A stretch of DNA of 64,000 nucleotides, taken from Vulcanimicrobiota bacterium. GTDB taxonomy: Bacteria > Vulcanimicrobiota > Vulcanimicrobiia > Vulcanimicrobiales > Vulcanimicrobiaceae. The stretch covers positions 544,001-608,000 of the forward strand of contig CAVRQT010000003.1 in assembly GCA_963723515.1 (NCBI GenBank), read 5' to 3'. Of this stretch, positions 30,101-43,994 are shown one piece after another (within the stretch, counting starts at the first letter, position 1; each line of letters starts with the position of its first letter). Made by a program: the position numbers and the translations under genes. The notes beneath the pieces are model-generated. The model searched no databases and was not told the DNA's origin. It worked only from the letters and a program-made list of their open reading frames with translations.

Positions 30101-31582
30101 TTACGCCGGAACGGGTGCGGCAGCGGCGCGCGAAGGCCGCATGAAGAAAACGAACGGAGCGCAGATAAAGAAGACGATCGCTGAGATACGGAAGAGATAG
30201 TCGTACGAGATCACCGTCGCGTTCAGTGTCACCATCTGCGTCAGTGCACCGACCGACGCGCCGTGGCTCTGAGTAACTCCAGCCGACAAACTTTCGTAGG
30301 CGACCGCGATCTCGCGGGCAAGCAGCGTCGTCAAAATTGCGATGCCGAGGCTGCCTCCCAACTGACGCAATAGGGTGCTTAAACCGCTCGCGTTAGCGAG
30401 TTCCGATCTCGGGACGGCGCCCAACGTCACGGTTGAAAGCGGAACGAACAGAAATCCTAGCGCGAATCCTTGTAACGCACGAGGCCAGAAGATGTCCCAA
30501 TAGCCCGCGAATTGATTGAGGTACCCGAGCCACCACGCAGAGATCCCGAATGCCACCATTCCGGCGCCGACCAAGAGTCTCGGATCGAAGAAGTTCAAAA
30601 TTCGGCCGACGATCAGCATGCTGATCGCAGACGCGATTGCTCCCGGGAGCAATGCCAAACCTGTATCCCACGCGGTAAAGCCGAGCGCATTCTGAAAGAA
30701 CAGCGGCATGATCAAGTTGATCCCAAAGAGTCCAAACCCCATCACGATGCCGAGCACGTTCCCTATCCAAAAGGTTCGCACGCGAAAGACGTAGAGATCG
30801 ACCAGCGGCTTCGCCTCCCGAAGTTGGCGCCAGATAAATACGACGAGCGACACGACCGACGTGATCGTTAAGATCCAAATGTTTGCGGAGTTGAACCAAT
30901 CGTCGTGCTGTCCGCGCTCCAAGACGTATTGCAATGAGGCAAGTCCCGCCGTGAGCAATCCCAACCCGACCCAATCGACGCTGCTGCGCACACGTTCGAT
31001 GTACGAGGGATTCGGAACGAACATCAGGGTCATCACAAACGCGGCGACGCCGATCGGAATGTTGATGAAGAAGATCAGCGGCCAGGTCGCGTTGTCGATG
31101 AGGTAACCGCCGAGCGTCGGGCCGATCGCCGGCCCCACCATTGCGCCGAGACCGAAGATCGCCATCGCGGCGCCGCGCCGCTCGGGTGGATAACTCTCGA
31201 AGAGAATCGCCTGCGCCGTCGGCTGCAGAGCACCGCCCCCGATGCCTTGCAGGATGCGATAGAAGACGAGTACCCAGACGCTGCGTGCCGTTCCGCAGAG
31301 CAGCGAGGCGATCGTGAAGATCGCAAGCGATGTTGCGTAAAATCGCTTCCGGCCTAAGAACGCCGTGAGCCAGCCGTTGAGCGGCATGATCACGACCGTC
31401 GCGAGAATGTAGCCGGTCGCAACCCACGAGACCTCATCGATCGAAGCGCCGAGATTGCCGCCGATCGTGTTGAGCGCCACGTTGACGATCGTCGAATCGA
31501 CAATGGCCATGATCAGTCCGAGCATCACCGTAATCGTGATCAGTCCGACCGGTGGATTCGCGTGTTGTCGAAAGACGCTCAC
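30101..31582 (-). CDS. DHA2 (EmrB/QacA) MFS efflux transporter
   Basis: DSTIVNVAL, WVATGY, RILQGIGGG, GPAIGPTLGG, IFFINIPIG; many TM helices. Confidence 0.93.
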   Translation of the reverse strand: MSVFRQHANPPVGLITITVMLGLIMAIVDSTIVNVALNTIGGNLGASIDEVSWVATGYILATVVIMPLNGWLTAFLGRKRFYATSLAIFTIASLLCGTARSVWVLVFYRILQGIGGGALQPTAQAILFESYPPERRGAAMAIFGLGAMVGPAIGPTLGGYLIDNATWPLIFFINIPIGVAAFVMTLMFVPNPSYIERVRSSVDWVGLGLLTAGLASLQYVLERGQHDDWFNSANIWILTITSVVSLVVFIWRQLREAKPLVDLYVFRVRTFWIGNVLGIVMGFGLFGINLIMPLFFQNALGFTAWDTGLALLPGAIASAISMLIVGRILNFFDPRLLVGAGMVAFGISAWWLGYLNQFAGYWDIFWPRALQGFALGFLFVPLSTVTLGAVPRSELANASGLSTLLRQLGGSLGIAILTTLLAREIAVAYESLSAGVTQSHGASVGALTQMVTLNATVISYDYLFRISAIVFFICAPFVFFMRPSRAAAAPVPA

Positions 31583-31682
31583 TTACGGTTTGCCCCGAAC
31601 ATCGGACGACGGATTTCGCAACGCAGCGGCGGCCTTCCGCTTGAGGGGAAGAGGGCGCGCGCGTCGTCAATTGAGCGATGTA

Positions 31683-33464
31683 ATGGACGAAAGGACCGCC
31701 GCGGTGACGGTGTACCGGCGACTCTTTGAGTTCGTCGGGCGCGAGCGATGGAAGCTGTTCGGCGGGCTGCTTTTAGGTGCTCTATCGTCGCTTGCGACGG
31801 TCAGCTACGCGAAAGCCGCACAGTACGCAATCATTGCGATCGAGAACCGCAGCGTCCAACTGCTCGGCCTGCACCGCGTGCAGGTCCTCGGCTTTGCGAT
31901 CCTCGGCATTTTCGTGTTGAGCATCATCAAGAATGCGGCCCAATACAGCGGCGGTTACTTGATGACGTCGGTCGGCCAGCAGGTGCTCGCGAAGTTACGC
32001 GTTGCCTTCTTCGGCCGCGTCGAATATTTGCCGTTGCACATCTTCGATCGGTGGCGAGCCGGAGAGCTGATGTCGCGGTTTTCAAACGATGGTGGTCTGC
32101 TCGTCGTCGGCGTCATGCAGTTTCCGCTCTTCATACAGGCGCTGATCACGCTGATCGTCGGTATTCCGGTGATGTTCTACTTGGATTGGAAGCTGACGCT
32201 GCTGATCGTCTTGACGGGGTCAGTCGTTGCATTGGCAGTCAGCCGATTTTCTTCGCTGCTGCGCAACTTCACCCAACATTCCCTTATGAAGACGGCCGAT
32301 CTCAACGCGATGCTTCAGGAATCTCTCGACTCGATGCGCGTGATCAAGGCGTTTTCGCGCGAACCTTACGAAATTCAACGCTTCACCGACCGCAATAACG
32401 CCTTCTTGGGCGCCGCACTCAAATTGGCGCAGATTTCGATCACCCAAACGCCGGTCGTGGATTTTATCGTCACTCTGGGCATCATCGTGGTCCTCGCGGC
32501 GTCCGCTTATGAGATCGTCCTTGGCCTAAAGCGTCCGGACGAAGTCGTTCAATTTCTGACGCTCGCGCTGGTTGCGAGCAATCCGATAAATCAGCTCTCC
32601 AACTACTACGTCGATTTGAACAAGGCGCGAGTTGCCGCGCAGCGCGTCTTCGAAGTGTTGGATCTGCCGATCGAAGAGCCGGACGCTCCCGGGGCGCAAG
32701 ACCTTATTGCACCGCGCGGTGCTGTCACGTTTGAAGACATTCACTTCGCCTACACGCCCGGACACGAAGTGCTGCAAGGAATCACTGCGGATATTGCTCC
32801 CGACAATGTCGTTGCGCTCGTCGGCCCTTCGGGCGCGGGAAAGACAACGCTCGTAAATTTGATTCCGCGGTTCTATACCGTAATATCCGGCGCGCTGCGA
32901 GTCGACGGGGCCGACGTCAACGACTTGAAGCTCGCCAGTTTGCGCAAGATCATTGCGATTGTGCCGCAAGACCCGCTGCTCTTTTCAGATACGATCGAGC
33001 GCAACATTCGCTACGGCAAACTTGATGCGACGCCGGCCGAGATCGAAGGCGCAGCCCGCGCGGCGAACGCGCACCAATTCATTGCGGAGTTTCCGGAGGG
33101 ATACAATACGATGGTCGGGGCGCGCGGCGTTCGGCTCTCAGGCGGCGAGCGTCAACGCGTCTCAATTGCGCGTGCGCTCCTGCGCGACCCTCGAATCTTA
33201 ATTCTCGACGAAGCGACGTCGTCGTTAGATTCGGAATCCGAAGCGCTCATTAGTGAGGCGCTGCAGCGGCTTTTCGTCGGCCGCACGACGTTCATCATCG
33301 CGCACCGGCTTTCCACGATCCGTCGTGCAACCTTAATCTTGGTAGTCGATCGCGGTCGGATCGTGGAGAGCGGAACCCATGCCGAACTCCTTGCGCGCGG
33401 CGGACTCTACGCCTCGCTTCACGAGCGTCAGGCGCTTGTGCCGGCGTCGGCCGGTACGGTTTGA
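31683..33464 (+). CDS. ABC exporter, fused permease-ATPase (MsbA-like)
   Basis: TMD followed by GPSGAGKT, LSGGERQR, ILDEATS, IAHRLST. Start uncertain. Confidence 0.92.
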   Translation: MDERTAAVTVYRRLFEFVGRERWKLFGGLLLGALSSLATVSYAKAAQYAIIAIENRSVQLLGLHRVQVLGFAILGIFVLSIIKNAAQYSGGYLMTSVGQQVLAKLRVAFFGRVEYLPLHIFDRWRAGELMSRFSNDGGLLVVGVMQFPLFIQALITLIVGIPVMFYLDWKLTLLIVLTGSVVALAVSRFSSLLRNFTQHSLMKTADLNAMLQESLDSMRVIKAFSREPYEIQRFTDRNNAFLGAALKLAQISITQTPVVDFIVTLGIIVVLAASAYEIVLGLKRPDEVVQFLTLALVASNPINQLSNYYVDLNKARVAAQRVFEVLDLPIEEPDAPGAQDLIAPRGAVTFEDIHFAYTPGHEVLQGITADIAPDNVVALVGPSGAGKTTLVNLIPRFYTVISGALRVDGADVNDLKLASLRKIIAIVPQDPLLFSDTIERNIRYGKLDATPAEIEGAARAANAHQFIAEFPEGYNTMVGARGVRLSGGERQRVSIARALLRDPRILILDEATSSLDSESEALISEALQRLFVGRTTFIIAHRLSTIRRATLILVVDRGRIVESGTHAELLARGGLYASLHERQALVPASAGTV

Positions 33465-33467
33465 CAA

Positions 33468-34145
33468 ATGGAAACCGAAGAGCGCCTGCTCAAAGATTTC
33501 TATCTCGCGTTCGAAGACCGCTTTCGGGGCAGCTCGCAGGATATCGAGCAGCGCCTCTCCGTCTATCTTCCTTTTATAGAGCAGACCCCTGACGCGAAGA
33601 AGCCGATCGTCGACCTCGGATGCGGGCGCGGCGAGTGGTTGCAGCTATTGCAGAACAACGGATATCCGGCAGTCGGCGTCGATTCGGATGCGGCGATGCT
33701 CGAGCATTGCCGTAATCGCGGGCTCGACGTCTTGGAAGCCGACGTGCTCGAGCATCTACGTTCGCTTGAGCCGGAGAGCGTACGCGGCGTCAGCGCTTTC
33801 CATCTCGTCGAACACATGCCGTTCCAGGTGACCTTGCAGCTGCTCCAAGAAATTAAGCGCGCGCTCGTGCCGGGCGGAATCGCGTTGATCGAGACGCCGA
33901 ATCCGCACAACATTCTGGTCGGCGCCTGCCATTTCTACAACGACCCGACGCATTTACGCCCTATTCCAAGCCCGCTCTTGAATTTTGCGGCGGAGTATTG
34001 CGGTCTAGTGAGGTCCTCGGTGCTGTTCTTGCATCCTGCGGACGTCACCCATTGGGTTCAGGATCAAGGTGGCACGATCGAGCACCGCTTCAACGACCTC
34101 TTCTATGGGCCGCAAGACTACTCGCTGATCGCTTATAAGTCGTGA
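33468..34145 (+). CDS. Class I SAM-dependent methyltransferase (surface-glycan associated type)
   Basis: FEDRFRGS, VDLGCGRGEW, FHLVEH, ETPNP, DPTH. Confidence 0.88.
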   Translation: METEERLLKDFYLAFEDRFRGSSQDIEQRLSVYLPFIEQTPDAKKPIVDLGCGRGEWLQLLQNNGYPAVGVDSDAAMLEHCRNRGLDVLEADVLEHLRSLEPESVRGVSAFHLVEHMPFQVTLQLLQEIKRALVPGGIALIETPNPHNILVGACHFYNDPTHLRPIPSPLLNFAAEYCGLVRSSVLFLHPADVTHWVQDQGGTIEHRFNDLFYGPQDYSLIAYKS

Positions 34146-35254
34146 CCGCTGCGTCCGGCAAAGGGCGAACGTTGCGTTCGCTTTTGATTATGCGCCCCGA
34201 CGGCCGCACTCGCTATGGCGGCGATACGACGCTCGTTTACAACACCGCGAACGCGTTGCGTGAAGCTGGTGCCGACTCCGACATTGTCGAGAGCGACAAC
34301 CCCGATCCGCATGGTTACGACATCGCGCATATCTTCAACGTCGGCCAGCCGGAAGTTTGCGAGCGCCAAATGGAGGCGTGCGAGCGAGCGAATGCGACAA
34401 TCGTTCTCTCGCCGGTTTGGCTGGATCTCAAGGAACTCTTTACGCGAGCGCAAGCGGCAGAGAATGTTATCGTGCGGGAGCGCTCGGAACGCAAAGCGGA
34501 AGCGCAATTGGCAAAGATTCGCAAGGCGCCGCTCGACACGTTTTTCAATCGTAAGCAGCAGAAGGAGTTCGCGGAGCGCGAACGGCGGCAGTCGGCGTTA
34601 TTGCAACGTGCGCGCGTGTTGCTTCCAAACAGCGCAATGGAGGCGCGCGATTGCATGGTGCGACTCGGCGTGCGCGAAATACCGAGCGTATCGGTGCCGA
34701 TACCGGCCGATCTCTCGCCGGCCGAATATTGGCAAGAGGAGCGATGGGGCGTCAGCTGCGTTGGGCGCGTTGAAACACGCAAGAATCAAACGATGCTCGC
34801 GTTCGCGCTGCGCAACGAAAGCGTCGAACTCGATTTGGTTGGCGCGATGTATAATCCCGGCTTAGCAAAGGAGTGCGAGCGGTGGAATGCACGCGCGCGC
34901 TTTCATGGGCGCACCGCCCGCACGGACATGCTCAAGGTCATCGGCCGGACCGAAGTACATGCGCTCGTTTCGTGGTGCGAAACCGCCGGGATCGCCAGTC
35001 TTGAAGCGGCTGCCGCAGGCGCGAAATTAGTTGTAGGCGATCGCGGTGCCGAATACGAGTACTTTGGAGACGATGCCGAATATGCGGATCCGGCCGATCC
35101 CGATTCCATCGCCGCTGCCGTTGCGCGCGCGCTCCGCCGGCCGCCCCGTCGGAAAGGCGATTCCCTCGATCACCGGTTGCGAAGAGTCACCTGGCAGTAT
35201 GCAGCCCGTGAAACGTTGCGTGCCTATGAGACCGCCCTCTCACAAACGCCTTAG
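34142..35254 (+). CDS. Glycosyltransferase family 4
   Basis: GGDT, LLPNS..E, VGRVETRKNQ, SWCETAGIASLEAAA. Confidence 0.88.
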   Translation: MTAASGKGRTLRSLLIMRPDGRTRYGGDTTLVYNTANALREAGADSDIVESDNPDPHGYDIAHIFNVGQPEVCERQMEACERANATIVLSPVWLDLKELFTRAQAAENVIVRERSERKAEAQLAKIRKAPLDTFFNRKQQKEFAERERRQSALLQRARVLLPNSAMEARDCMVRLGVREIPSVSVPIPADLSPAEYWQEERWGVSCVGRVETRKNQTMLAFALRNESVELDLVGAMYNPGLAKECERWNARARFHGRTARTDMLKVIGRTEVHALVSWCETAGIASLEAAAAGAKLVVGDRGAEYEYFGDDAEYADPADPDSIAAAVARALRRPPRRKGDSLDHRLRRVTWQYAARETLRAYETALSQTP

Positions 35255-35267
35255 GCTCTAGCAGCGC

Positions 35268-36119
35268 TTAGATTCTTAGCGCACTCTCAAAGTTGTGAAC
35301 CGCCGTACCGCCGGCTTCGATCTCGTGCAGGCCGTCATCGCTTTGACGAAAGCGCGCGTGGAGAAAGCTTTGCCGCCCCATCTTCGTACCTTGTTCAATG
35401 GTCAACCGATCTGTATTCGGGTCCAGCTCCTTCGCGAGTTTTAGCGTTAGAGAAAGCGGCGCAACGGAGCCGCCCGTCGCCGGATCTTCAACGATGCCGT
35501 AAGCGGGATTCGGAAACATTCGCGAATAGGCACGGCCGGATCGATAACAAAAGACGAGCACGTCGATATCCCCCAGCCCTTGCTGCTGCAGCGCTTGACG
35601 GTTAGGTTCGACGCTGTCGACTGCCTGGCGATTCTCTACGATGACGCTCAGAAAACGAACGCCGTTTTTAATAATGTAAGCGCTCCGGCAACTTCCCCGG
35701 GAGAGCCCAACCGCGGCAGCAACGTCCGGGGCGCTGACTTCGCGCTCCGCATTTGGAACCGGCGGAACGATCCAAAACATTTCGCGCTCGCGTCGCACGC
35801 GGACCGGCCCGACGTTCATCTCAAATCGAAACTCTGCGTCGGCGATGATGCCTTCGCGCGTGAGTACGAATGCGGTTCCGACGGTCGGATGCCCGGCGAA
35901 CGGCAACTCGATGCCCGGCGTGAAGATGCGAACGCGAAAGGCGCAGGCCAAATCGCTGCTCCGTTGGACAAAAGTCGTCTCCGAGAGATTCATTTCGCGA
36001 GCGATGCGCTGCATCAACTCCGGCGCAAGGTCATCTGCGTCAATGTAGACGGCCAGCGGGTTGCCATAGAGCGGCCGTTCGGTGAAAACGTCGACTTGAT
36101 GAAACTTCAACGAGCGCAT
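35268..36119 (-). CDS. PhzF family isomerase/epimerase
   Basis: VDVFT..GNPLAV, EMNLSETTF, RIFTP..ELPFAGHPTVG, EDPATG, EQG. Confidence 0.92.
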   Translation of the reverse strand: MRSLKFHQVDVFTERPLYGNPLAVYIDADDLAPELMQRIAREMNLSETTFVQRSSDLACAFRVRIFTPGIELPFAGHPTVGTAFVLTREGIIADAEFRFEMNVGPVRVRREREMFWIVPPVPNAEREVSAPDVAAAVGLSRGSCRSAYIIKNGVRFLSVIVENRQAVDSVEPNRQALQQQGLGDIDVLVFCYRSGRAYSRMFPNPAYGIVEDPATGGSVAPLSLTLKLAKELDPNTDRLTIEQGTKMGRQSFLHARFRQSDDGLHEIEAGGTAVHNFESALRI

Positions 36120-36207
36120 CGCGGCAAGATTAAGCAGCGAATCGGGCGGCCCTATTGCGACAATTATGTGGTAAGGCGCCGCCGGGGGATGGTAGGCTAG
36201 CAGCGTC

Positions 36208-36390
36208 GTGGCAAGCCCCAACGCGTACGGTTCCCAGCTGATTGCCCTAGCGTTGGCCGCTTTCTGGCCGGTCGTGGTCCTCGGATTGGTCGTGGCGTCG
36301 TGGATCGGCGACCTGATTCCCTCGACGCTCCGCGCGAAGATCGCTCGACGCGGGCCGAAGCCGCAGTTCACGAGCGACCGCCGTGCTTGA
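36208..36390 (+). CDS. Possible small membrane protein
   Basis: 60-aa ORF with one hydrophobic segment and a basic tail. Confidence 0.4.
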   Translation: MASPNAYGSQLIALALAAFWPVVVLGLVVASWIGDLIPSTLRAKIARRGPKPQFTSDRRA

Positions 36391-36416
36391 CCCCTCAGGG
36401 TAACCTCCTATATACT
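36387..36416 (+). promoter_or_regulatory. sigma70-type promoter of rpoB
   Basis: TTGACC (36387-92), 18-nt spacer, TATACT (36411-16). Confidence 0.75.
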
Positions 36417-36420
36417 GTTT

Positions 36421-36499
36421 GCCTGTGCCCCGCGGCTCTTAGCCACCTCGAGGAGAGGACGAGCGGCTTGTGCGGACAGGCGTCGGCTCGTTCTTTTTT
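36421..36499 (+). promoter_or_regulatory. Candidate attenuator (terminator/antiterminator) in the rpoB leader
   Basis: Hairpin 36456-36494 followed by a T-tract; alternative pairing of 36421-33 with 36472-81. Confidence 0.6.
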
Positions 36500-36583
36500 G
36501 CATGTCCTTTTGTCAGGACCGCATTTCTCGGTGCAGCCCGGCACCCGCAATACGTCTATATAAAGGTTAAAAGAGAGAAATAG

Positions 36584-40416
<3,833 letters not shown>

Positions 40417-40417
<1 letters not shown>

Positions 40418-40611
40418 TGCAGACAAGCACCCGCAAGTCGATCGACTGCAGAAAGCAGCCGAGTGAGAACAATTGCTCGCTCACGATCTCAGGCAGCGAA
40501 GAAGAAGTCATCAAAGCCGCGCGCGAGCATGCAATATCAAGTCACGGGCACAAGGCCGGCCCCGAATTGGATGAAGGATTGCGCCGGGGTCTCGAGCCCG
40601 CTCGCGATTAA
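40417..40611 (+). CDS. DUF1059-like small protein
   Basis: IDCR...NCSLTISGSEEEV..A..HA...HG; TAATG overlap with the rpoB stop. Confidence 0.8.
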
Positions 40612-40635
40612 CCGAATCCGACTTTAAAAAGAAGC

Positions 40636-40660
40636 AAGGCCCGCATTAGGCGGGCCTTTT
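40636..40660. terminator. Intrinsic, probably bidirectional terminator after rpoB-DUF1059
   Basis: AAGGCCCGC-ATTAG-GCGGGCCTT-TT with an A-rich 5' flank, between convergent genes. Confidence 0.85.
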
Positions 40661-40662
40661 GC

Positions 40663-42603
40663 TTAAAAGTGAAACCTCTGTTCGACGATCAACGTCGTCG
40701 CCTTGTAGTTCGGCGAAGGCCCATTCGGAATCGATGGGAGACCTGCAAACGCTGAACGTCGCAATTGTACGAGCAGTGCGCCGCGGTCTGACTCGGTCAC
40801 CTGCGCGCCGATGAAGCCGACGTTCTGAAAGTAATCGACGTTCGTCGCGGTTGAGGCAAACGAGCCGCGCATCGCGTACCGCCCAAAGCCGATATCCGCA
40901 AGCGCGGCGGCGCTGAATCGATGCGCCAGCGTCAGGACCGCCTGCGGCGCTTGATAAGAAACATGGTCTTCTGGATGCGCCGGCGCGTTGCCGCGATGCA
41001 TCGTGTCGTCCACATAGTCAAACGTCAGATCACCGAATAAGGGATGCCATGCGATCCACAGGCCGTATTGGTGCTGAATGCCGAGCGTGCCCGCTCCGTT
41101 GAATTGCGGCAGAAAGAAGCCCTCGACAAATCCGACTTGCTGTTCGTTGGCCAACGTTGCCGGTTCGATTTGGCGAAACGTCGAGAACGACGCGTGCACT
41201 TCCAGAGGGCCTTTGTCCACGCCGTATCGCACGCGGTAGCCTTGACGGTTGACGCCCAGCAACGTGTTGTCGGCGAGCTGGTATGTTGACTTGAGCCACG
41301 GACCCGGCCACGACCACGCGACGCTCCAGACGTTTTCGGGTGTACCGTACGGTAGGATCGCGGTCGCGTAGCGCGGTTCAAAGCGATAGCCGTCGACGTT
41401 CAATGTCGCGCGACCATGGTGCGCAACAAAGCCGAGGTGATAAAACCCGCCGGGGCGGTCCGTGCCAGGTTCGGACACATTATTTGCGTCGTACCATGCG
41501 CGTCCGATTTCGGCAACGGAATCAACCGCGTTGCTGATATGAAAGGCGGCGCGAAGTCCGGCGATCGATTCGATCTGCCCACCGAGCACGCTGGTCGGTA
41601 GAGGACCCTGCGGCCCGGGATTCGTCTTTGGGTCCGATCCGAACAGCATGCTGGTTGATAGCAAATCGCCTCCGGTTACAAGATGCAAAAAGGATGCGGA
41701 ATAGCGCGTTCCTTCGCCGTGATCGAAGACAAGCGACGCGATCGAAACGCGGGCGGCCGTTCCGGGAAGAGATGGCAATGCGGCGTTCGTCAATTCCAAC
41801 GTTGCGATCCCCCGATGCGCCGTCAAATCGATGCCGTGCAACGGCAAGCCTGGTTCGGGACTCGGCCAACTGTCGAGCGAAGGCGGCCCATTGCCAATCG
41901 TTTCCGGCGTCGCAAACCCGATCGCGGGCGTTACGTTTGTGAGAGGGGGCTGTACAAATACGAACCGGTCGCTTTGATTGAGGTCGAAAAATCCACCACG
42001 CAGTGCCCAGCTTCCGTCATGCGCCCCGATCGATCCGAACAGCGGTGCGATGGCCGACGCCGTCCCTTCGTCTTGATTCGCATGCGTTGGAAATGTTATG
42101 CGGTACGGCAAGTTGGTAAAGCCGAGATGCGCGTTAAAGCTCGGCATCAGATTTTCGCCCCAATAGACGGCGTTTTGCATGCTCCCCGTCGCCAGCCCCA
42201 AACCGACGATCGCCGAGGCATCGTATTTTGAACCGATGTAGCGCGCGGTAATATTCGCTTGCGCAATGCCGGCAATTCCCGGTGTCTGCGCGGCGCTCGA
42301 AAACGTATCGTACGGCGTCATTGGTGAGAGCGGAGAGCCCGCGATGAAGCCCGGCCCTTCCGGGGGCTTTAGACCGGAGCCGCTGGCCGCCGTGTCGATG
42401 AAGTCCGTAAACGAATCGAAGAACAGATGAAATCCCGGAGCAGGTATTGCGGACGGTGCTTCCGTTGGTTGCGATGGCGCCGCCGCGGAGGGTGAGGCAC
42501 TGGGTGAAGCACTCGGCGATGGAGCCGGCTGCGCGTTCGCCGATTGTACGGTCAGCGCAAGCGCAATGGCGGCAAAGTAAAGCGACGCACGTAATGCGCT
42601 CAC
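40663..42603 (-). CDS. Secreted hypothetical protein, possible outer-membrane beta-barrel
   Basis: Signal peptide, PSPSASPS linker, amphipathic strand-like segments, C-terminal Phe (VEQRFHF). Confidence 0.7.
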   Translation of the reverse strand: MSALRASLYFAAIALALTVQSANAQPAPSPSASPSASPSAAAPSQPTEAPSAIPAPGFHLFFDSFTDFIDTAASGSGLKPPEGPGFIAGSPLSPMTPYDTFSSAAQTPGIAGIAQANITARYIGSKYDASAIVGLGLATGSMQNAVYWGENLMPSFNAHLGFTNLPYRITFPTHANQDEGTASAIAPLFGSIGAHDGSWALRGGFFDLNQSDRFVFVQPPLTNVTPAIGFATPETIGNGPPSLDSWPSPEPGLPLHGIDLTAHRGIATLELTNAALPSLPGTAARVSIASLVFDHGEGTRYSASFLHLVTGGDLLSTSMLFGSDPKTNPGPQGPLPTSVLGGQIESIAGLRAAFHISNAVDSVAEIGRAWYDANNVSEPGTDRPGGFYHLGFVAHHGRATLNVDGYRFEPRYATAILPYGTPENVWSVAWSWPGPWLKSTYQLADNTLLGVNRQGYRVRYGVDKGPLEVHASFSTFRQIEPATLANEQQVGFVEGFFLPQFNGAGTLGIQHQYGLWIAWHPLFGDLTFDYVDDTMHRGNAPAHPEDHVSYQAPQAVLTLAHRFSAAALADIGFGRYAMRGSFASTATNVDYFQNVGFIGAQVTESDRGALLVQLRRSAFAGLPSIPNGPSPNYKATTLIVEQRFHF

Positions 42604-42655
42604 CGTCGCCTTGATTGTGCGTCTCGTCTTGCCGCGCCTGTTGTTTGTCGGTGAC

Positions 42656-42681
42656 GTTTAAGCCGACGCTCGATTCGGTAG
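42656..42681 (+). promoter_or_regulatory. Possible SigB/SigF-type promoter giving a near-leaderless aquaporin transcript
   Basis: GTTTAA-N14-CGGTAG, ending 9 nt before an ATG that has no SD. Confidence 0.4.
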
Positions 42682-42690
42682 TTTCTTCGT

Positions 42691-43428
42691 ATGGCGAAAG
42701 AGCGCGAGCAACCGGCACTCGCTCCCAAACCTGCTGAATGGCAGCGCGTCGCCGCCGAGTTTGTCGGCACGTTCTTGCTGACGTTCGTTGCGGCGGGAGC
42801 CGACTCGGTCGAATATGCAACGAACGGCCTGATCGGCCACGTCGCGCGGTATGCTGCGCCCGGACTGCTCGTCATGGCGATGATCTGGAGTTTGAGCGCG
42901 ATTTCGGGGGCGCATATCAACCCCGCCGTGACATTGGGGTTTGTTGCGCGCCGCTGCTTCCCGCTCTATCGGATCCCCGGTTACGTGCTGGCCCAATTTG
43001 CGGGCGGGATCGCCGGCGCAGCGCTCCTCTACGTGATCTTGAAGTATTCAGTTCAGCATGGCGTCACGAAGCCAAGCGCACCCTTCACCGACATCCAAGC
43101 TTTGATCGCGGAGGTCACCTTGACGTTCATCTTGGTCTTTACGATTCTGGCGACCGCCGAAGAGGAGGCCGTGGTCGGCAAGAACGTTGCCCTTGCGGTC
43201 GGCGGCATCATCGCGATGTGCGGTTTAGCGTTTAGCCCGCTCAGCGGAGCCTCGATGAATCCGGCACGTTCGCTTGGCCCGGCAGTCGTCACCGGAAGCT
43301 TCAGCGACCTTTGGGTCTATCTCGTCGGTCCGTTCGCCGGGGCGCTTATCGCGGCGGGTGTCGTCGAGTTGATCTTCGGGAATCCTTCGCAAAGCAGCCG
43401 GGAAGCCGCTCATGGAAAGCATCGATGA
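42691..43428 (+). CDS. Aquaporin / MIP channel
   Basis: AEFVGTF, ISGAHINPAVT, GASMNPARSLGP. Confidence 0.95.
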   Translation: MAKEREQPALAPKPAEWQRVAAEFVGTFLLTFVAAGADSVEYATNGLIGHVARYAAPGLLVMAMIWSLSAISGAHINPAVTLGFVARRCFPLYRIPGYVLAQFAGGIAGAALLYVILKYSVQHGVTKPSAPFTDIQALIAEVTLTFILVFTILATAEEEAVVGKNVALAVGGIIAMCGLAFSPLSGASMNPARSLGPAVVTGSFSDLWVYLVGPFAGALIAAGVVELIFGNPSQSSREAAHGKHR

Positions 43429-43994
43429 AGAAGAAAATTAACGCCACACACTACGAAGATATCCCAACGTTCCCGAACAAGGGGAAGGATCGCGTCGTAC
43501 ATGCGATCATCGAAACAGTAAAAGACAGTCCGCAGAAGTACGCGCTCAAGAGCAGCTACGGCATCATCTCACTGAGAGAGCCGCTTGCAAAGGGCTTAGA
43601 GTGGCCGTACGATTACGGATTCGTGCCGCAGACGCTTGCTGATGACGGCGATCCGATAGACCTGCTGTTCCTGAGTGACCTGGGAACGTTTTCCGGCTGC
43701 TTGGTCGAGTCGCGGTTGCTCGGTTCGATCAAACTGAAGAAGAACGGCGTGGAGAACGACCGTCTCGTCGGCGCGCCGATGCGTGTGGAAGGCTGCAAAC
43801 AGCCGACCGACGACTACGAAGATATCTCCGATCTACCGCGCCACGAGCTCGACAAGATCTGCAAGTTCCTTGTGGAGTATTCGGAGCGCCAAGGGAACGT
43901 CATCGAGTTGATTGGGCCCGTTCAAGCCGACGACGCCATAAAATCGATCATGACGTCGCGGAAGAAATACAAGAAGGCCAACAAGGAAAGCTAG
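43425..43994 (+). CDS. ppa: Inorganic pyrophosphatase (family I)
   Basis: KY, PYDYGFVPQTLADDGDPID, NDR; ATGA overlap with the aquaporin gene. Confidence 0.85.
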   Translation: MKKKINATHYEDIPTFPNKGKDRVVHAIIETVKDSPQKYALKSSYGIISLREPLAKGLEWPYDYGFVPQTLADDGDPIDLLFLSDLGTFSGCLVESRLLGSIKLKKNGVENDRLVGAPMRVEGCKQPTDDYEDISDLPRHELDKICKFLVEYSERQGNVIELIGPVQADDAIKSIMTSRKKYKKANKES

